A DNA stretch of 64,000 bases from assembly GCA_951406725.2 (NCBI GenBank), contig OX597816.1, positions 3,844,001-3,908,000 on the forward strand. Reading direction: 5' to 3'. Positions 1-12,166 of this stretch are shown piece after piece. The notes beneath the pieces are model-generated. The model worked only from the letters and a program-made list of their open reading frames with translations, made no database searches and was not told the DNA's origin. The position numbers and the translations under genes are program-made. How positions within the stretch are numbered: position 1 is the stretch's first letter; every line of letters begins with the position of its first letter. Origin of the DNA: Octopus vulgaris. Lineage: Eukaryota.

Positions 1-255
1 GCGGTTTCGATTCCCAGACCGGGCGTTGTGAGTGTTTATTGAGTGAAAACACCTAAAGCTCCACGAGGCTCCGGCAGGGGATTGTGGCGATCCCTGCTGT
101 ACTCTTTCACCACAACTTTCTCTCACTCTTTCTTCTGTTGGCCTGTTCGCTTAGCCAGCGGGGTGGCGTCATTCGAAGGCTAAAACAATGCGAACGCATC
201 GTGACCAGCGATGTGTAAAACATCTGATGCTCTGGTCGGTCACGTGATCACGTGA
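1..255 (+). mobile_element. SINE family C copy, tRNA head cut by window edge, distinct 3' tail
   Basis: Body GGTTTCGATTCCCAGACCGGGCGTTGTG...GTACTCTTTCACCACAACTTTCTCTCACTCTTTCTTC matches copies at 2787, 27905 and 61380; followed by (TA)n. Confidence 0.75.
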
Positions 256-288
256 TATATATATATATATACATATGTATGTGTGTGT

Positions 289-1420
289 GTTGAAATTTAC
301 AGAAAAACAAAAGACGAAGACACGTGTATGAAAAAGCATGTGTATTAGTCTGACGCTGAGGGAAGTGAGAATGTCTTATGTTTCGAGCCTAAGCTCTTCA
401 TTAGAAAGGAATAAGAGAAAATAAACAGAGAGAATAAATAACTTGTGGATTTAGCGATCAAACATGGCCACTGGGTGGGAAATATGTTTGACAGGAGAGG
501 TAGAAAGAAGGGGAGATAAAGTATTAGTGATCCCCAAAACGGCGCCCGTACGTGTGTGTATGTGAGAATGTGTGTGTGTGTGTGTGGATAGAGGCTTGAG
601 ACTGACGTGTGGATGTGTGCGTGTGTATGTGTCTATAATGTGTGGGTGTGCGGATGATGGTATGTAGTGTGGGTACTGGGAAGTGGTCAGTGCTAGTGTG
701 TGTAGAGTCATGTGGGGTGGGGTGGGGATGAGTGGGTGTAGGAATTGGGTGGAGATGTGGGTGTAAGGTGGAGGTGTGGAGTAGCGGTCGGGTATGTGGG
801 AGCGGGGTGTAAGTGTGGCGTGTGGGATTAGGAGTATCAATGAAGTGAGAAGGTAGGCAGGAATGAAGAGTGGAAGTAGGTATAAGAGCAAGAGCGGAGG
901 GAAGTCGGATGAAAAGAGAAAGGGAGTTGAGCCCATGTGGGGCAAAGGGAGAAGAGAGAATTCCAGTTAACAGCGAAGGCGGTTGTCCGGATGGCCCGTT
1001 TGCAAAGACAATCCGAACACAGACAGGTGTTGTAGTGAATGTCCGGTAGAGCGAAACCGTGTTGTCATTGTCGAATCTGAGGTGCTCCGCGAACAGGTCA
1101 ACCAAGCGGCGTCCCGTTTGAACGACGTACAGAGAAGGGCAGAAAGAGCAGATGCAGTGAATGACGTCGCTAGAAGTGCAAGTAAAGAAGTCTGTGATAT
1201 GATAGGGACGATGATGGGTGCCTCTGAGGATGGTGGTGTTGGAGTGGTAGCGGCAAATGCAGCAGCGTGGCGGGAGCAGCGGAACGAACTATGTTGGGAG
1301 GTGGGGTTAGGGAAGAAACTGTGAACCAGGAGATCACGCAGGATGTGGGGTCGTTTGAAAGAGGGATAGGATACATTCGGAAAGATGTGCAAAGTGGCAG
1401 GGTCGGACGTGTGTAAGCTG
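289..1420 (-). mobile_element. Penelope-like retroelement 3' remnant: GIY-YIG endonuclease pseudogene plus pLTR with hammerhead-like motif
   Basis: Minus-strand translation gives SFKRPHILRDLLVHS, then after a frameshift FTCTSSDVIHCICSFCPSLYVVQTGRRLVDLFAEHLR (degenerate PLE GIY-YIG). Reverse complement of about 379-404 reads CTAATGAAGAGCTTAGGCTCGAAAC. Confidence 0.8.
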
Positions 1421-2019
1421 ATCTTAGCACAATCTTCTTAGATGCCGATTCACATGGTTAATGTTATTCAAAAAGGCTATGAAGTGCCCAATAGCGAATT
1501 AGACCGCTTGGTAGTGGCCTCCCACAACCACTAGATCTCAAAATATACAATATTATTGAATATTTATGGTGCACTTTGGAGCAGCAAGTCAGAACGCGCT
1601 TCCATCTGTCTGAAAGAGCTGAAGCAAGTTTTAATTTAAAAAATAGCTGAAAATTCTGCTTAAAGCTGTCAAGAACCTGTGAGCGTCAATTCCTCAATGG
1701 ATTGAAAAACCATGATTGATGCCAAACCTGGACCAAATATGTAGTAAGTTCTAAAAGTTACATTTAACAAGAGGTTTCCATTATTTTGTTCACACACACA
1801 CACCAAAAAGGAAATAACCGACCGGAATAAATCTTATTAGCAGAAATTTCATTGTTTAATTTGACCAAACGCCTTACTTTTAGCTGCCTTAAGTAACATA
1901 GTGAGTGAGTATAAGTACCCTATGAAAGTTATTCATCTCTGGTCGCTTTGATCTGCCTCTTCATTAGGCCTGGATGTCAGTTCTAATCCCGGCTGTGGAT
2001 TATAACTAGTATGTACTAA

Positions 2020-2250
2020 GGCGGTGACCTGGCAGAAACGTTAGTACGCCGGGCGAAATGCGTGGCCGTATTTCGCCTGCCGTTACGTTCTTGGTTCAAA
2101 TTCTGCCGAGGTCGACTTTGCCTTTCATCCCTTCGGGGTCGATAAATTAAGTACCGGTTACGCACTGGGGTCGATGTAATCGACTTAATCCGTTTGTCTG
2201 TCCTTGTTTGTTCCCTCTGTGTTTAACCCCTTGTGGGTAGTAAAGAAATA
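2020..2250 (+). mobile_element. tRNA-derived SINE family A, monomer
   Basis: Head GGCGGTGACCTGGCAGAAACGTTAG, B-box-like GGTTCAAATTC, central GGTCGACTTTGCCTTTCATCC..GGGGTCGATAAATTAAGTACC; 16-bp target-site duplication (TSD) TAT(A/G)ACTAGTATGTAC at 2001-2016 and 2251-2266. Confidence 0.9.
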
Positions 2251-2786
2251 TATGACTAGTATGTACATCAGACTGTTCCATATCAAACTCCCCATACACA
2301 TGGCATCTTCCGACACACAGGCATCTATTTAAATATCATGGAATTTTCGTGGTATATGAGTGAACAGCTCCTCGCTTATTGCTACACAAACAAATAATAA
2401 TAAATCAAAGCAAAACTATAATCATAACTAACCTCAAATAAAGCAACAAATATGAGAATTAAAAAAAGATGCCATGATATGCGAGTTAACCTAGAAACGG
2501 GTTTTATATGAAATGATTTGCCTTTGCAGGACCGCATTTCCTATCTAGAGTTTGATGTTTCTGGTTTTATCACGCCATGTAAATCTATATACATATTAAT
2601 ATAAATAGGTTAAATATACAATTATTATTCGTAAATAATGTTAGTGCAGTCATCAGTCGGTTAATTAACCGCTTAATGGCAAAAAAAAGCAACAAATTAC
2701 GAAAATATAAAGTATTAAATATGGTTAATGTACATTATGCAAATATGATTTTTTTTTTTTTACTTGCTCTCTGTATATTTTGTATG

Positions 2787-3160
2787 TGGAGGTGCAATAG
2801 CTCAGTGGTTTGGGAGCGGACTCGCGGTCGCAGGATCTGTTTCGATTCATAGACCGTGCGTTGTGTTTGAGCGAATACACCTAAATCTCAAAGATGCTCC
2901 GGTAGGGGGTGGTGGCGAACCCTGCTGTACTCTTTCACAACTTTCTTTCACTCTTTCTTCCTGTTTTTGTTGTACCTGTATTTCAAAGGGCCAGCCTTGT
3001 CACACTCTGTGTCACGCTGAATCTCCCCGAGAACTACGTTTAGGGTACGTGTCTGTGGAGTGCTCAGCCACTTGCACGTTAATTTCACGAGCAGGCTGTT
3101 TCCGTTGATCGGATCAATTGCAACGCTCATCGTCGCAACCGACGGAGTGCTACGACGACG
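2787..3160 (+). mobile_element. SINE family C head/body fused to D-type tail
   Basis: tRNA-like head GGAGGTGCAATAGCTCAGTGG; tail ...CTCAGCCACTTGCACGTTAATTTCACGAGCAGGCTG... also found at 16960, 26800, 28300 and 63300. Confidence 0.8.
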
Positions 3161-3187
3161 ATATTTTATATTATTTTATAATATAAC

Positions 3188-3419
3188 GGCGGCGAGCTGG
3201 CAGAATCGTTAGCACGCCGGGCGAAATGCGTAGGCGTATTTCGTTTGCCGTTACGTTCTGAGTTCAAATTCCGCCGAGGTCGACTTTGCCTTTCATCCTC
3301 TCGGGGACGATAAATTAAGTACCAGTTACGCACTGGGGTCGATATAATCGACTTAATCCGTTTGTCTGTCTTTGTTTGTCCCCTCTGTGTTTAGCCCCTT
3401 GTGGGTAGTAAAGAAATAG
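3188..3419 (+). mobile_element. SINE family A, monomer
   Basis: Near-identical to 2020-2250; TSD TATTTTATAAT at 3172-3182 and 3421-3431. Confidence 0.9.
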
Positions 3420-4216
3420 ATATTTTATAATTAAAAGGTAAGCCAAAAGAGACTTTGGTCCAAAGAAAGAAATCAATAAACTGTGGCTACTGTAAATGCT
3501 TTGAGCCGGTGACCGCCACGTCTTCATCATAATTAAACCATAATCTAAAATTTGTTGGATGTGGAAAATATTTTGCACAAATAGTTTTGGCATCAACTCT
3601 AAAATTCACCCAAAGCTCAGTCATCTACAAAAATGATGCTCGCCTCACATCACAGCACGACCGCAGAATTATTTCAATTGGCCTTGCTCTCTTTAAGATT
3701 ATGGTAAGACACAAAATAAGGAAAAGATCTCATCGCATTGAAGTGGTTCCTGGATGAATATCTCCAATAAATTCCAGATAAACAGTCTACAAGCAATATC
3801 TGCAAACAATAACTCTGTACTCGAATGGGTTTTGATGCCCAAATAATGACTGTAATATGAAACATCATTAAATGTCTTTTCCAGGTGGAGCTGTTTAAGT
3901 TAGACATAGCTTCGACTAATTCTGGCCGAAACTTTTCTGGCAATGTAAGTAAAGACAAAACCAAGCGAAGTAAATTACCCGATAGAAATCAATTAAAAAT
4001 ATGAATATCCAATAAAAACAAACATTGTTTGTGTTCAGGGTTCTTCTTGATAAGTTGTAACCATACACTTGACCATGATGATGATGCTCGTATGCGAACG
4101 CTCTCACAGTCACGATGAAAGAACACAAGATGTTTGACAGCATGCCTCAATCGTTAACCTCATTCAGTTTGCGTATTTAGATAAACAAAACGTTAAGTTT
4201 TATTTTATATATTAAA

Positions 4217-4613
4217 CTAGCAGTATCGCCCGGCGTTGCTCGGGTTTGTAAGGGAAATAACTATATAAGCATTTTTAGAGATGTAAAGTATAATAGCCAT
4301 CTCAATATGGCTAACCACAAAGGGAGGTGTTACTTTAGCTTTTTACGTTCTGAGATTTAATAATACATTTTTAGAGAGTTATTTCCCTTATATAATAGCA
4401 TAAAAAATGCATTAAAAATGGGAAAAAAATGATGGTAATTTTTTTTTAAAATCGTAGACTCATCGTAGACGCGCGCTAATATCCAGAAGGGCTCGATATA
4501 AATCACGACTATAAGATACCCACTTTTGGTTACACTGCACCGCAAAATGTGGGATTAGTTAGGAATCTAAATCGTAGGAGACAGACACACAACTTCACTT
4601 TTATATATAAAGA
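4217..4613 (-). mobile_element. Non-autonomous Helitron
   Basis: On the minus strand it starts TCTTTATATATAAAAG and ends with hairpin CCCGAGCAACGCCGGG then ATACTGCTAG; inserted between A and T with no TSD; second copy at 25388-25784. Confidence 0.85.
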
Positions 4614-4877
4614 TATTAAATTAGAAGTATACTTAATCGAAATATCGAGGTAATACCGCGATGTACGAGTTAATTTGTTCCCTGACGCCGTTCGTAAAGC
4701 GAAAATTGGTAAAGCAGAGCAATAATATCCCATAGTAGCCATGTTATAAATCGTTATTCGTTTCCAGGAAAATATTTTACCAATAAAATTTCTAATACTT
4801 GTAAACAAATGGCAATAAAACTGTAGAATGTAAAGAATATTTTATGTAAAGTGAAAAGAAGGTCAAGATCATTTATA

Positions 4878-5157
4878 TCTGTGGTTCGCAAATTGGGTGG
4901 TATTGCTGCCCCCTGGGGGCTGTGGAAAGTTCCAAGGGGGCGTTGAAGAAAAAGTGGGGCGCTGATGGAGGAAGTGATTCATGTAAAAACAAACAAAATA
5001 ATGGGTTCATTAGGTTAAGTTTTATTTGGGAAATTCAACAGCTTTGAATTTGCTTCAGAAATATATCGATGTTTGTGATGGTTAGTTGCGATGGGGGCAT
5101 GAGAATGCGGCGTGGGTGTCAAGGGGGCGGCAGCCTGAAAAAGTTTGGATATGATTG
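4878..5157. mobile_element. Degenerate hAT (Charlie-like) MITE
   Basis: Ends CTGTGGTTCGCAAATTGGG ... AAAAAGTTTGGATATGATTG resemble hAT TIRs of the CAGTGGTTCCCAAAC type; GGGGGCG-rich subterminal motifs. Confidence 0.5.
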
Positions 5158-5159
5158 AT

Positions 5160-5467
5160 TTATAACTATAATCGTTTTCTGAATCACTTTCACTCGCACT
5201 AGAATCGTGCACATTATCACTTGTGATGACCGATTCACAAGCACTCGTAGACGGACTTGTAGCTTTCTCTTTAAAGAATATGTCTAGAATTGTTTGCTTA
5301 GAAGAAGCTTTTCGCTCTATAAATTCCTCGGTAATACGCAGAAGCATTTCTTATGATAGTGGGAACTTTTGCACTTCGCTCAAAATTTGGATCTTGTGCT
5401 TGAAAAATAAAACTCATAAAACCGGTGTTTCGTAATGCGGGTCTTCGTAAAGTGAGGTGTTACTGTA
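5160..5467 (-). mobile_element. Possible pogo/Tigger-like DNA transposon remnant
   Basis: End TA-CAGTAACACCTCACTTTACG on the minus strand; translation ...EEFIERKASSKQTILDIFFKEK resembles a Tigger transposase C-terminus. Confidence 0.35.
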
Positions 5468-7197
5468 TAAGTTAGTCGCACTGTATTTAATTCGGAATAT
5501 ATATTTGATATTGGATACAAATTCAGAAAGAACAAGTATGTAAGTAATTAAAAAATCATCTAATTTGACTAATTTAATGTTTCTGAAAGTAATTTAATAT
5601 TCATATAAAAACTAATTTAATATTAATATTGCGAAGAAAGAAATGGGAATGGTGCATTTCTCTCGTTTATCGTTATTTGTCGATGTTCCATTGAATAAAA
5701 TGAACCAAGAATTTTAAACCAAACAAGGAACGGTCTGAGATTGAGCAAAGGAAGTTAAGGACACATCGTAAAAGAGATGACAAAGGAAGACGTTTGAGAG
5801 ACAAAATAAGGAATGAGGAAGAATTTGGCATATTAGAATAATGAGGAAGAGAGTGTCTATGGCCTTTCCTTTCGAATGCCTTCAAGACTGGTGGAAGGGA
5901 AGAAAAGGTGAAGGGCGGGAGGAGGAAGTCATTGTCAAGCTGAAGACGTGGCCTGAATTCTTGCAATCAGGAAGAATTCAGCCGGAGGTGTTCACAAGCT
6001 GTCAGGTAATGAGAATGTTACAGAGAGTGGCTTCTCGAGTCACTTTATGCGGCCTAATCACCAGATAGAGTCAACCTACAACAACTATCTGCATATTAAC
6101 AGATTGAGATACGGGCATTTGATTTAATCGATCCCTGGCTGTCCATCCGCAATGTCAATAGTTTCATGTCACTGTACTAAACTATGATTTTAGCTATCAC
6201 TATGACCATCCAGACATTTCCTAGAGGAAAGTAGACATCATTGAAATTAGCTGGGCCGTAGATATATCCTGGTCTTTTTGGATGTGTGTGAGTCTCTTGG
6301 CTATTAGAACTAAAGTTGGATAATTGTCGTGATGAAGACGACCATTAAGGGAGAAACAAGTGTCCGCGTCTGAGCTCTTATCCTCAGACAATAAAGCGTT
6401 CCTTCCCGTTAATGCCATGTGAACTTTGGGGAATTCTTGAATTTTGAGATTAATCTCCTCTTCCCCATACGCAACTGGTCTCAAATACCATTTGGTGATT
6501 GTTACATATCCACTAGTGGGTACCTTCGTAAATAGCCAAAACAGCGCATGAGAAAATTTTCCGAAAGTAACAGAACCCTGAAATGGGAATAAATAATACT
6601 ATGAAAATTGTTTCCATTAATTTTATGTTTATGTTATATATCAATTCCTTTTGCATTTTTGTAGAAGTGTGCAAACATGCCATAAATAAATGTTGTTACT
6701 GGAGTTCTAATTCATCCCGGACGTTCTATTTCTATTAGATGTTGTAAATAATCAATAAAACCATAAACATTAACTTGTAAACGAGACCCATTATGGGGCG
6801 AATGAATTGAGATATTTCACTGAATCATCGCAAAATTAACTTTCATTTCAATGCAATATTGAAATCAGATTTAACGTTTTATAACCTGGACCGTCAGTGA
6901 CCCAACGGGTCACGGGTAGTTCAGTACATTGTAAAGTGTGACTTGAGTAGTGAAGCAAGCAACCAAAATTTATTTCGGATATCATTACACTGAGATGGGC
7001 AATTTAAATAGCAGTAAGGAATTAACTACTGATATTATTGACATATTAATAAAAAGCAGCTCCAATAACGGACAGAGTTAACATCCATTGATCAGGTTGC
7101 AAAAGCAACGAACCTTTTGGAACCAAAAATATAATTAATATGAGTAGAAATCGAAAGGTGGGTGTGTTAGATAATAAGGCATTTCAGACAATATGAC

Positions 7198-7540
7198 ATT
7201 TCGTTTTTGTATTTGGTTTGCAAGATTCTTGATGTGAATTCGTGTGTTGAAACAAATTTTGTTGTGTCTTGAGAGGGTCATTACGTCAATAACACACGTA
7301 CAGCAGAGCTAACCTTCGAGCGAGAGGGGAAGTCATTAAGTCACTGAAAAGGTCGCGAATAGTCACGGACTTCGACTAAGAAACAGCCGATTGATGGTTT
7401 AACCAAGAAATTAAATAAACGATCGATTAGTTAGTTGGTTAGATATTTAACCGATTGACTAGCAATAAAGAAGTGATATTGAACCAGTGCGTGTGTTGTT
7501 ATTGGCATAATGATACCCCACAAGACACAGCAAAATAGAA
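7198..7540. mobile_element. Non-autonomous PLE-like element with inverted ends, same family as 27575-27825
   Basis: Shares TTTGGTTTGCAAGATTCTT..TTCGTGTGTTGAA with 27575; imperfect inverted repeat at about 7257-7301 and 7487-7537. Confidence 0.55.
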
Positions 7541-7608
7541 AATGATTGAGGGCTTAAAATATAGTCTATTCCCAATGAAATCTAGGCCGTACAGTGGATC
7601 AAGAAGAC

Positions 7609-7777
7609 AGGCGCAGGAGCGGCTGTGTGGTAAGTAGCTTGCTTATGAAATACATGATTCCGGGTTCAGCCCCACTGCGTGTCACCTTGGGCAAGTGTCT
7701 TCTACTATAGCCTCGGGCCGACCAAAGCCTTGTGAGTGGATTTGGCAGACGGAAACTGAAAGAAGCCCGTCGTATAT

Positions 7778-7855
<78 letters not shown>

Positions 7856-8013
7856 TTGGTGGTGTCCTCGTAACTTAGCGGTTCGGCAAAAGAGACCGAT
7901 AGAATAAGTACTAGGCTTACAAAGAATACGTCCTGGGGTCGATTTGCTCGACTAAAAGAGGCGGTGCTCCAGCATGGCCACAGTCAAATGACTGAAACAA
8001 GTAAAAGAGTAAA
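7609..8013 (+). mobile_element. tRNA-derived SINE family B with internal TA/TG microsatellite
   Basis: Head GGCGCAGGAGCGGCTGTGTGGTAAG, B-box-like GGGTTCAGCCCC, CORE-like CCTTGGGCAAGTG, tail CAGTCAAATGACTGAAACAAGTAAAAGAG; about 17 copies in the window. Confidence 0.9.
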
Positions 8014-8474
8014 GTAGAAAACTGTAGTCTTAAAGAGTCCTTTGACGGTGAGGATGAGAGATAAAGGAAGAAACCCGTAACAAATTATGTCTACAAGTTT
8101 TCAACTTTTCATCTTGAGAAACTTTATTTCCCGTACTCCAAAAACACCGTGTTGTGGGAGGGGAGGAACGAAAGAGTACAAAATGGACGTATTATTTCGT
8201 TTCCTTAGATATTGTACTCCTGTGTCTAAATCAAAGAGAAAACTCAAGAATCGATAATTTTTCTGTTTGGATTGGCAACGAAGAGTGAGATTTATTAATG
8301 ATTTGTAGGTAGATACCAGCTCCAGGAATGCGTTTAATATGGTAATTGGTATTTCCAATAACTGAACACCGCTGTATGGGGTGGTTATAGAAGCAATGAG
8401 TCCGGAGGAAAGAAGAATGGATCAGACGGGTGCCGATGGAGGGGAAACAACCCCCGAAATAGGACTTACTCTCT

Positions 8475-8678
8475 TTCCCCTTTTACTTGTTTCAGTCATT
8501 TGACTGTGGCCATGCTGGAGCACCGCTTTTAGTCGAGCAAATCGACCCCAGGACTTATTCTTTGTAAGCCTAGTACTTATTCTATCGGTCTCTTTTGTCG
8601 AACCGCTAAGTTACGGGGACGTAAACACACCACCATCGGTTGTCAAGCGATGTTGGGGAAACAAACACAGACATAAAA

Positions 8679-8713
<35 letters not shown>

Positions 8714-8891
8714 CATATACATATATACGACGGGCTTCTTTCAGTTTCCGTCTACCAAATCCACTCACAAGGCTTTGGTCGACCCGTGGCTATAGTAGAA
8801 GACACTTGCCCAAGGTGCCACGTAGTGGGACTGAACCCGGAACCATATGGTTGGGAAGCATGCTACTTACCACACAGCCACTCCTACGCAT
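8475..8891 (-). mobile_element. SINE family B
   Basis: Full-length reverse complement of the family B consensus. Confidence 0.9.
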
Positions 8892-9976
8892 ATGCACTAA
8901 GTATCCATTTTCGTCTTCGATCCCATTGTCTGTTTCCATCTGAGGTTTCGATACGAAGCGTTGTAGCAAAAACCAGTGCTGGTTATAATCTCTATAGAAT
9001 ATCTGTGGAAACAACCTTAACAACGAAGAGTGAGATTTATGTTCCAGGTCAGCCGTATCTACCAGAAAATTGCCGTGAAGAGATGTTGAACTATTCTTCT
9101 AGCTTTTGTGCAACAGTAAATGATTTTTTAATGATTTTGTTGGCATTTTCAGACGAGGACTTAAAAGTCTAATTTCATGGAAGAGCCATTTTGCTGCCAA
9201 CGCTTCTATTGATTTTATCCACGGAGAGGCAAAACCTGGTTTGATCTGAGATGAAGATGTAAAATGATGTCACTAAATGTGGTGAAGTGGTTAGATTCTC
9301 TGTGTAATGTTTCCATAACTTGAGCTACTTATAGGGCTGTGGCCATGCTGCAGCATCACATTGAAGGATTTAAGCAAAGCGGCTTCGGTGCTTGATTTCT
9401 TAAGTTTGACCGATTCTATGGGGTTCTTTTACTGAACGCTTGGCAACCGATGTTTGTTTGTTTACACTCCGTAAACTGGAGGTTCGACTAAAGATATCGA
9501 TAAAAAATTTTATAGATAAATTTTCAAGAATGCACTATAACGGATAAATTCAATGCTTGAACGTTTATTTGAAAACAAATCATATTGAATTCAAAATGGA
9601 ATTTGATATGAAAACGCGATAAAGAATTGCTATACCAGATTGAAACACTTGAGATATTTTGGGGTGAAGGTACGGTGGATGGGGAAGTAATACTATTCTC
9701 GAAGGGGTTAAAGGAAAATAGGGAATCGGTGAGACTTAAAAATACCAGATAAAAGGATGAAGCATAGGACAACAAGACAATTTACTTTATTTTCTTTAGT
9801 GGAATTTCGTTCTTCAGACAAAAGGTGAGTGTAGAGTGTAGAAATAAATGAATGTATGCAACCATCTACTTAAGGTACAGAGACAGATGGGTAAGCAGTG
9901 GGGCGCATCAATACAAAATTGTTACCAGTTCAAATGTGTTTGGGGCGTATTCAAACCCGTTAGGAAATCAGTCACT

Positions 9977-10307
9977 ATTATGTACATTATTTACATTCGA
10001 CGATCTTGTTTGTTGTTAACACAACGTTTCGGGCATATGGTGTAGTGGTTAAGAGTGCGGGCTACAAACCCCAAGATTCCGAGTTCATTCCAAGCAGTGA
10101 CCTGAACAATAACAATAACGACAATAATAATAACATCTAAAAATACCTTAGGAATGAGAACCCAGGTTCGAAATTTTCCCAAGACACGTGAAGAAAGCTG
10201 GAGGGTATATCAGCCGAAACGTTGTGTTAACAACAAACAAGATGAGGAGAAATATCCGGCAAATGTAAATAATGTGCATAATTCCTCATCTCTTAAATAT
10301 AGAACTG
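9977..10307 (+). mobile_element. tRNA-headed non-autonomous element with PLE-type hammerhead and 5' inverted repeat
   Basis: A-box TGGTGTAGTGG at 10038-10048 and B-box-like GAGTTCATTCC at about 10081; hammerhead-like motif at 10184-10227; 9979-10032 is the reverse complement of 10214-10280; TSD AATCAGT(C/T)ACT at 9966-9976 and 10308-10318. Confidence 0.7.
10184..10227 (+). ncRNA. Minimal type I hammerhead ribozyme-like motif (degenerate)
   Basis: ACAC-GTGAAGA-A-AGCTG-loop-CAGCC-GAAA-CGTT-GTGT: stem I ACAC/GTGT, stem II GCTG/CAGC, palindromic stem III; C3 is mutated to G. Confidence 0.55.
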
Positions 10308-10640
10308 AATCAGTTACTGTGTTTTGTCATGGAGAAAATTTCTTGTAGATGAATAAGTGTAAATACACCGAGGCAGCAGCCCACAGTGGCCTCTTACCAG
10401 AATGGTAGACGCATGCATTTCGGAGCAACAGAGACCGGAAAGAAGGGCGTTGCGAACTGACATTAGAGATAGTCTCCTCTTATGATATCCCCGTTACCGT
10501 TCGATGACGGGTTGCACCATTCAGCGGTTTGCTGAAGATAAAATGCGGGTTAGCGGTGCTTAGCCGAAATGTCTATAAATACGAACTAGTTATCAGTTAA
10601 AATATGCTTGAGGCATATAGCGATATATATATATATATAT

Positions 10641-11130
10641 AACGGGAAGCTTTATGAAAATAGACAAAAGACGAAGGCAGGTGGGAAACAAACAAACAAT
10701 TGTATTAGTATGGCGCTCAGGAAATATAAATAAAACAAGTCTTTAACGTTTCGAGCCTACGCTCTTCAACAGAAAGATACACAGAGAGAAAAAAAACACA
10801 GAAAGAAGGAGAGAAAAAAATGCGTGCAGTAACTAACGAATCAACATGGCGATCTGATTTCGGCCAGAGGTCAAAGATCAAACATGAGACGCGAGAGCGA
10901 AATAAGGGGAGATAATAGGGTTGATAATAGGGTTGAATGACCAGCTATTAGTGCGTAGGAGAGGTCTGGACGTGTGTATGTATAGGGTTGGTGTATGTAT
11001 TAGTATGTATAAGGGTGTGTGTGTGTGTGTGTGTATGAGAGAGTATTAGTGCGTATGATAGGTCTGGACGTGCGTATGTATGGGGTTGGTGTATGTATTA
11101 GTATGTATTAGTACGTATTAGTATGTATTA
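10641..11130 (-). mobile_element. PLE pLTR remnant next to (TA)n
   Basis: Homologous to 289-470; reverse complement of 10746-10772 is CTGTTGAAGAGCGTAGGCTCGAAACGT (hammerhead-like, stem II GAGC/GCTC). Confidence 0.7.
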
Positions 11131-11659
11131 GTTGGTGTATGTATTAGTATGGCACATCATATATGATGTGATGTGTAAAGTCGTGTGGTGTAGTGTGGAG
11201 AGAGGAGAAGAGGGGGAGGGAGAGAAGAGGGGATATATATATATATATATGACTGAATGCACACTTACCCACACAAATATACATATTCCGCTGAGCGGAA
11301 GGAGTTCTATTGCAGATAATGTTTGCATTATGTGTTAAATACGTTTGATTTTACATCTGTCTGTCTAACCACCTATCAACTACATTATATTATGTATATG
11401 TTTATATGTATAATTATGTATATGTATATACGTATGCATGCATTTACATGTGTTAATGTATTTGTGTGTGTGCACGGAGAAAGAGGGGGTAGAAAGGGAG
11501 AGAGAGAGAGAGAGAGAGAGGGGGGTGATGGAGGAAGTGAGGGCGCAGGAAGGAAATGAATATCGGTAAATCAAAATACATCGCCACTCACCAACGAATT
11601 TATGGTAAGGAAAATTTGCACGGTAGTATACATGTATATATTTATATACGTGTATATAT

Positions 11660-12166
11660 ATATGTATGCGTGCGTGGTGTGTATAAGCGTGCGCGCGCGC
11701 GCGTGTGTGTGGGTGTGCGTGTATATGCATGCGTGCGCGTGTGTGTGTGGGTGTGCGTGTATATGCATGCGTGTGCGTGTGTGTGGGTGTGCGTGTATAT
11801 GCATGCGTGCGCGCGCGTGTGTGTGTGTGTGGGTGGGTATATGCATGCGCGCGTGTGTGTGTGTGTGGGTGTGTATATGCGTGCGTGCGCGTGTGTGTGG
11901 GTGTGTATATGCATGCGTGCGCGTATGTGGGTGGGTGTGTATATGCGTGCGTGCGCGTATATATGCGTGAGTGCGCGTGTATATGCGTGCGTGCGCGTGT
12001 GTGTGGGTGGGTGTGTATATGCATGCGTGCGCGTGTGTGTGTGGGTGTGCGTGTATATGCGTGCGTGCGCGTATGTGTGTGTGGGTGGGTGTATATGCGT
12101 GCGTGTGTGCGCGTCCGCGCGAGCATGTTTGTATGTGTGTATGCGTGCGTGTGTATATGCGTGTGC
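11660..12166. repeat. Compound (GT)/(GC)/(AT) purine-pyrimidine minisatellite
   Basis: Repeating unit of about 30 bp, GTGTATATGCATGCGTGCGCGTGTGTGTGG. Confidence 0.9.

Noticed and set aside
5673-6484. Possible retroelement remnant (PKVH and PGYIYG-like peptides on the minus strand)
   Set aside because: The motifs are in the wrong order for a PLE reverse transcriptase and too short to support a call.
6897-6913. Hairpin GTGACCC-AAC-GGGTCAC as a Helitron 3' end or terminator
   Set aside because: No clear CTRR terminus or matching 5' end; it is an isolated short hairpin.
10031-10103. Functional tRNA gene
   Set aside because: The B box is degenerate and the acceptor stem is incomplete, so it is treated as a SINE head. 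The same applies to the other tRNA-like heads.
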